From assembly GCA_048882485.1 (NCBI GenBank), contig JBHLRP010000072.1, positions 1-12,607 of the forward strand: a stretch of 12,607 nucleotides of DNA. Direction: 5' to 3'. The notes beneath the pieces were generated by a model. The model did no database searches. It was not told where the DNA came from and saw only the letters and a list, made by a program, of their open reading frames with translations. The position numbers were made by a program, and so were the translations under genes. The stretch comes from Candidatus Thorarchaeota archaeon (GTDB lineage: Archaea; Asgardarchaeota; Thorarchaeia; Thorarchaeales; Thorarchaeaceae). This document shows positions 8,509 to 12,607 of this stretch, in pieces. Numbering within the stretch: the first letter of the stretch is position 1; each line of letters starts with the position of its first letter.

Positions 8509-8532
8509 TGACCGATTTATGTTGTGTCTTTC

Positions 8533-11028
8533 ATGACGATTCAGGATTATAGAGTTGTTCCTCTACATGGAGTTCCTTCTGAGCGGGTTGGAAAAATTAG
8601 AGATAGAATGCTATCTATGCCTAGAGAACTTGATATTGAACGAGCACGATGTTATACAAGAATTTGGAAACAGATGTTAGATTCACCACCCTGCATGCGG
8701 GATGCGAGAGCATTAGAGGAATTCTTACGTTGCATTCCAATTAGGATTGATGATGATGAGCTATTGGTGGGAGTAAAATCCAGTAAAATAAGGGCGGATC
8801 CATTCGAAATAGAACGTGGAATGCGTGTGAACATTCTTAGTGTAGTCCTAGACGATAGACTGAAGACAAGACTTACGAAGGGATTTCTTGGGCTTGTCGG
8901 AAAGGTCAACAAGAGCGCCAGTGCAGCAAGCGATTTGATATTTCACGCACTTGATCGTTATGTTCCTCTTCCGGAAGAGGAACTCAATGAGTTGAAAAAC
9001 GAAATTATCCCCTTCTGGAAGGATAAGACACTATCTAGTCGAAAGTTAGAAGCACTTAGAGAAGCGGGGTTATACACCGACGCTACTGGACCTATGGCTG
9101 AAATGCTGAACAGTTTTCTAGCACAGAATCCGGATACGTATACACTAGCAGCTGATGTCCAAGGACATGTCATTCCAGGTTTTAGACGGGTTTTGAAGAT
9201 AGGCTTTAGGGGAATAGAAGATATGGCTGAAAAAGCCCTCGCGAAACTCAAAGAAACAGATGAAAACTACGAGCAACGTAAAGACTTCTATGAAGCAGTT
9301 TTGGTGAGTTCCAAAGCTGTCTGTGATTATTCCAATCGGTATGCCGATCTCGCACTGGAGATGGCTGAGAGTGCAGCAGAGGAGAGAAAAGCGGAGCTCT
9401 CAGAAATTGCCGAACGCGCAAGGAGAGTGCCAGCTCTCCCGCCCAGATCATTTATGGAAGCAATTCAATCGGTTTGGATGACGAACGTAGTTATGGAAAT
9501 GAGCTATGGTGACGGGAATGTTTTCTCTCAGGGACGAGTAGATCAATATCTCTATCCTTACTATGCCGCTGATTTAGCAGAGGGTCGGATTACCTATGAA
9601 GAGGCTTTGGAAGCCATTGAAGAATATTTAGTCAAACTTGCTTCTGTTGTAATAGCGGGACAGAATAACATCACAATTGGGGGAGTGGATAAGGATGGAA
9701 ATGATGCCACAAATGATGTAACATACATGTTTCTTGAAGCTATTGCAAATGTAAAGAGTCTACTAAACACATTGTCAATACGAATCTCCTCCAAATCCTC
9801 ACATGAGTTTATGAAAAGAGTGATTGAAACGTTTCGATATACTGCGGGAATGGCCATTCACAATGATGATATTCAAATACCACACCTTCAACAAGATGGC
9901 TATTCGCTAGAAGATGCCCGTGATTACTCAGTTGTTGGATGTGTAGAGCTTACAGGCACCGGAAATGATTTTTCTTATACAGGAGGCAACGGAATTTTCC
10001 TGGCAGTCGTTTTCCACATGGCATTGAATGAAGGACGTGTACCTATGTCAAGAGGACGACAAGTTGGTGCGAAAACTCCCGACCCCAGTACTTTCGAATC
10101 CTTTGAGGACGTCAAGCAAGCCTTTGCTGATCAGCTTGCTTATGCAATAGATAGATCCGTGAAAATGGCTGAGCTAAAGGATAAAGTATTTGCAGAACAC
10201 TTTCCTTCACCCTTGATCTCTTCTACCATAGAAGGATGTCTGGAGAGTGGAATGGATATCACCCGGAATGGCGCACGCTACAATAATAGTTGTATGAACG
10301 GTCAGGCATTAGGAACTGTAGCTGACTCACTTGCTGCAATTCGATGGGCTGTTTTTGAGGAAAAAATAGTAACAATGGGCGAATTGGTTGAACATGTTCG
10401 TAATAATTTCAAAGGCGCAGAAGAACTCAGGGAACAACTAGTGAATAAAGCTCCCAAATATGGTAATGGTGATGAAAAAGCAGATGAACTCGCAAAATGG
10501 GTCGCAGATGTGTTTAGTGAGATGCCAAGAAAACACCATGTGAGGGGTGGTACAGGTATATACCGAGCCAGCCTTGTATCTGCCGCAGGATCACAGGTTA
10601 GCGAAGGTCAGATGATAGGAGCTACACCAGACGGAAGATTACGTGGGGAACCTGTATCTAACGGACTTTCTCCTGTAAATGGCACAGAACGGAACGGTCT
10701 TACCATGGTACTCCGGTCAGTCGCTGAAGCCTCACGAGATGCTCTTCTAACTGACGGAGTAGGAGTAAATGTGAGACTTAATCCAAGCTTGATTGAGGAT
10801 GATGAGGGAAGAGACAAAATAGCATCTATAGTAGAAGCCTATTTTGAGCTAGGAGGGAGAGAGCTTCAAATCAATCCAATAAGTTCAGAAACACTGAGAG
10901 ATGCACAGATTCATCCAGAAAAATACCCTGACCTTTCAGTCAAGGTGACAGGTTACTCTGCACGGTTTATTGACTTAACTAAAGCTCTTCAGGATGATAT
11001 TATCGCACGAACCGTCTTCAATGGATGA
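8533..11028 (+). CDS. Glycyl radical enzyme (PFL-like superfamily), unknown substrate
   Basis: IERAR, IRIDDDELLVG, GHVIPGF..VLKIGF.GI, RVPA.PP.SF.EAIQ, GRVDQYLYPYY, Cys loop VVGCVE (Cys 9940-9942), GTVADSLAAI, APKYGN, GATPDGR..GEP...GLSP, Gly loop VKVTGYSARF (Gly 10951-10953), QDDIIART. Start is ATG 8533 or GTG 8524. Confidence 0.95.
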   Translation: MTIQDYRVVPLHGVPSERVGKIRDRMLSMPRELDIERARCYTRIWKQMLDSPPCMRDARALEEFLRCIPIRIDDDELLVGVKSSKIRADPFEIERGMRVNILSVVLDDRLKTRLTKGFLGLVGKVNKSASAASDLIFHALDRYVPLPEEELNELKNEIIPFWKDKTLSSRKLEALREAGLYTDATGPMAEMLNSFLAQNPDTYTLAADVQGHVIPGFRRVLKIGFRGIEDMAEKALAKLKETDENYEQRKDFYEAVLVSSKAVCDYSNRYADLALEMAESAAEERKAELSEIAERARRVPALPPRSFMEAIQSVWMTNVVMEMSYGDGNVFSQGRVDQYLYPYYAADLAEGRITYEEALEAIEEYLVKLASVVIAGQNNITIGGVDKDGNDATNDVTYMFLEAIANVKSLLNTLSIRISSKSSHEFMKRVIETFRYTAGMAIHNDDIQIPHLQQDGYSLEDARDYSVVGCVELTGTGNDFSYTGGNGIFLAVVFHMALNEGRVPMSRGRQVGAKTPDPSTFESFEDVKQAFADQLAYAIDRSVKMAELKDKVFAEHFPSPLISSTIEGCLESGMDITRNGARYNNSCMNGQALGTVADSLAAIRWAVFEEKIVTMGELVEHVRNNFKGAEELREQLVNKAPKYGNGDEKADELAKWVADVFSEMPRKHHVRGGTGIYRASLVSAAGSQVSEGQMIGATPDGRLRGEPVSNGLSPVNGTERNGLTMVLRSVAEASRDALLTDGVGVNVRLNPSLIEDDEGRDKIASIVEAYFELGGRELQINPISSETLRDAQIHPEKYPDLSVKVTGYSARFIDLTKALQDDIIARTVFNG

Positions 11029-11031
11029 CAA

Positions 11032-11988
11032 TCAACGAGTCAGACCCGACCGCTTTACATGTTCCACTCCAGTGGTTTTTGCAATATCCAGAAAATGTTC
11101 CATCTGATCTTTTGTCATCAAAGGCTCGTCTTCCAGAGGCCATGACATCCCTAGCCTTGAGTATTTTATTTCACAGAGTTTATTGAAGGCTAGCAAGTCC
11201 CAGATATCAGGAATATTGTTCAATTCATTTACAATGAATTCTCCAATCCCTTTGACATTCTCTTCAGTAGCAGTATAGTTGGGGATTAGTGGTGTTCGTA
11301 TCCACATCACCTTTCCATTTTCTTTGACGTAACGGGCTATCCATTTGGCATTTTCCAAAATAGTGCTATTTCTAACTCCTGTATATTCCTGGTGTTGTAC
11401 AGAATCGATGACCTTTAGATCTAGAAGAACTATGTCAGTATAGGGAAGCAAATCTTGGTAGACATTCTTGCTTGAGTAACCGCATGTATCTAATGCAGTA
11501 GAGATGTCATTGTCCTTACATAGTTTCAACAATTGCAAAAGAAAGTCTGGCTGTAATGTCGGTTCGCCACCAGAAGCAGTGATACCGCCATTAGTTTTCT
11601 TGAAGAAGATCTTTTCCTTCTCAATCTCGTGAAAAAGCTCTTCTAAGTCCCACCATTTTCCAAACATAGTCAATGCAGTACTAGGACAAGCCTCAACACA
11701 TTCTCCGCAGCTGGTACATCTCTCTCGGTAAATATGCAAAACATCTTTTTCAAATTGCAGCGCCTTTTCTTGACAAGCCTCTATGCAACGTTTGCATCCA
11801 ATACATTTATGGTCTATCCACTGAAGTTGAGGTTCTTTTGGAATTGATTCTGGATTATGACACCAAACGCAATTTAATAGACATCTATTGAAATAAATCG
11901 TCGTACGAAGACCAGGGCCATCGTCCGTGGTCATTCTCTCAATTTTGAAGATCAATCCCCTAGACTTTGATTCTATAACCGGCGCCAC
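11032..11988 (-). CDS. Glycyl-radical enzyme activating protein (radical SAM, long type with 2x[4Fe-4S] ferredoxin-like insert)
   Basis: DGPGLRT, CxxxCxxC (CLLNCVWCHNPES, 11883-11860), two CxxCxxCxxxC motifs, GGITASGGEP, ALDTCG, DLK, IRTPLIP. GTG start. Confidence 0.95.
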   Translation of the reverse strand: MAPVIESKSRGLIFKIERMTTDDGPGLRTTIYFNRCLLNCVWCHNPESIPKEPQLQWIDHKCIGCKRCIEACQEKALQFEKDVLHIYRERCTSCGECVEACPSTALTMFGKWWDLEELFHEIEKEKIFFKKTNGGITASGGEPTLQPDFLLQLLKLCKDNDISTALDTCGYSSKNVYQDLLPYTDIVLLDLKVIDSVQHQEYTGVRNSTILENAKWIARYVKENGKVMWIRTPLIPNYTATEENVKGIGEFIVNELNNIPDIWDLLAFNKLCEIKYSRLGMSWPLEDEPLMTKDQMEHFLDIAKTTGVEHVKRSGLTR

Positions 11989-12012
11989 ATTGATTCTGAC
12001 TTGTACATTGCC

Positions 12013-12019
12013 TAATAAA
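12013..12019 (-). promoter_or_regulatory. Putative TATA box (TTTATTA) of the activase gene, likely leaderless
   Basis: Located -31..-25 from GTG 11988. No RBS directly before the start. Confidence 0.45.
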
Positions 12020-12030
12020 GTTCCTAATCA

Positions 12031-12606
12031 TCATGGATTATTCAGGTGATTATCTTGACTTTCTTTCAAAAGGTTTCCAATCAAAGCGCGGAGGTACTTC
12101 TCCTTTTCTTCTAGCATCGCATAATGTGCTGAGTTTTCGAATATGACTAGTCTCTTTCCTCCTTCAGCCTTTAATTGATTGAAGAACTCTTCCACAACGA
12201 CTGTAGGAGTGATCATATCGTGTTTGCCTTCAAAGAAGAATATAGGAACTTTGATCAAATCTATCTCTGTTGTAAGATTGACTTCTGTCAGTTCCTTCCA
12301 CAAAGCATGCGTAGTGAAATTTCGTCCTTTTCCCATTAGTGTTCTAATTCCTTCCATTAACGAATATTCAGGTGAAGTCAAATAGGGTAGAACGAGTCCA
12401 ATCATTTGTCCAATGGCGAAATCTGCCATCATGCCTCCATATCGAACAATATAGTTGGCTTTTTCCCATAGCTTGTTGGGAGTTTCATAGGGTGGAAGTC
12501 CAATTGCTTCAATCGCAGCTTGATGTTTTGCATTACCTAATCTTTTAGCTTCTTCAATAATGAAATTGTAGTTTATTGTTTCATGCTCACAGTCGTTGAT
12601 AATTTG
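12031..12606 (-). CDS. Alpha/beta hydrolase (Abhydrolase_1, proline-iminopeptidase-like), C-terminal part; 5' end outside the window
   Basis: Frame stays open to the window edge (QIINDCEHETINYNFIIEEAKRLGNAKHQAAIEAIGLPPY...RYGGMM). Catalytic Asp and His segments VPIFFFEGKHDMITP and IFENSAH are present. Confidence 0.85.
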   Translation of the reverse strand, partial: QIINDCEHETINYNFIIEEAKRLGNAKHQAAIEAIGLPPYETPNKLWEKANYIVRYGGMMADFAIGQMIGLVLPYLTSPEYSLMEGIRTLMGKGRNFTTHALWKELTEVNLTTEIDLIKVPIFFFEGKHDMITPTVVVEEFFNQLKAEGGKRLVIFENSAHYAMLEEKEKYLRALIGNLLKESQDNHLNNP

Positions 12607-12607
12607 C

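Noticed and set aside
8533-11028. Calling the GRE pflB, cutC, hypD, bssA/assA or hpdB
   Set aside because: No CC pair (PFL), His rather than Asp and no matching pocket residues (CutC), no DF motif (HypD), no CM-type loop and no small-subunit genes (BSS/ASS, HPAD). No gene symbol is justified.
11989-12033. Hydrolase and activase are in the same frame, separated by TGA-TGA and 13 sense codons: possible selenocysteine or readthrough fusion
   Set aside because: Needs two consecutive readthroughs at a non-catalytic position. No SECIS-like element was recognised, and the spacer holds a well-placed TATA box. In-frame phase has a 1-in-3 chance.
142-12385. All other short ORFs (60-109 aa) nested within the nine main CDSs
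   Set aside because: Fully overlapped by longer motif-bearing genes, with no recognisable domains.
1-12607. CRISPR arrays, tRNA/rRNA, transposases, integrases, inteins, defence systems
   Set aside because: No regularly spaced repeats, RNA gene signatures or relevant protein motifs were seen; all intergenic gaps are under about 220 bp.

Overview
Gene-dense prokaryotic window, probably archaeal: it has AGGTGA(T)-type RBSs, TATA boxes at about -30 before apparently leaderless starts, and a C-terminally anchored, sequon-rich surface protein. An Asgard/Thorarchaeota-like origin is my inference only. Nine CDSs in order: (1) 5'-truncated membrane-anchored GH42-like glycoside hydrolase; (2) tandem-domain GNAT acetyltransferase; (3) DUF4256 protein; (4) DUF6326-like membrane protein; (5) type-B carboxylesterase; (6) large tannase-like serine hydrolase with a PKD domain and an extra C-terminal domain; (7) glycyl radical enzyme (GRE); (8) its long-type radical-SAM activating enzyme, arranged tail-to-tail with a 3-bp gap; (9) an alpha/beta hydrolase whose 5' end lies beyond the window's right edge. 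The best candidate for an undescribed system is the GRE/activase pair. The GRE keeps the GCVE Cys loop but has an atypical Gly loop (KVTGYS). By eye it also lacks a substrate-specificity loop, has small residues where characterised eliminases have bulky or polar ones, and carries an N-terminal insertion. Three different serine hydrolases flank it, suggesting an anaerobic 'de-esterify, then radical chemistry' catabolic module for an unknown substrate. No rRNA, tRNA, CRISPR array or mobile element was seen. All family assignments come from motif recognition, not database searches.
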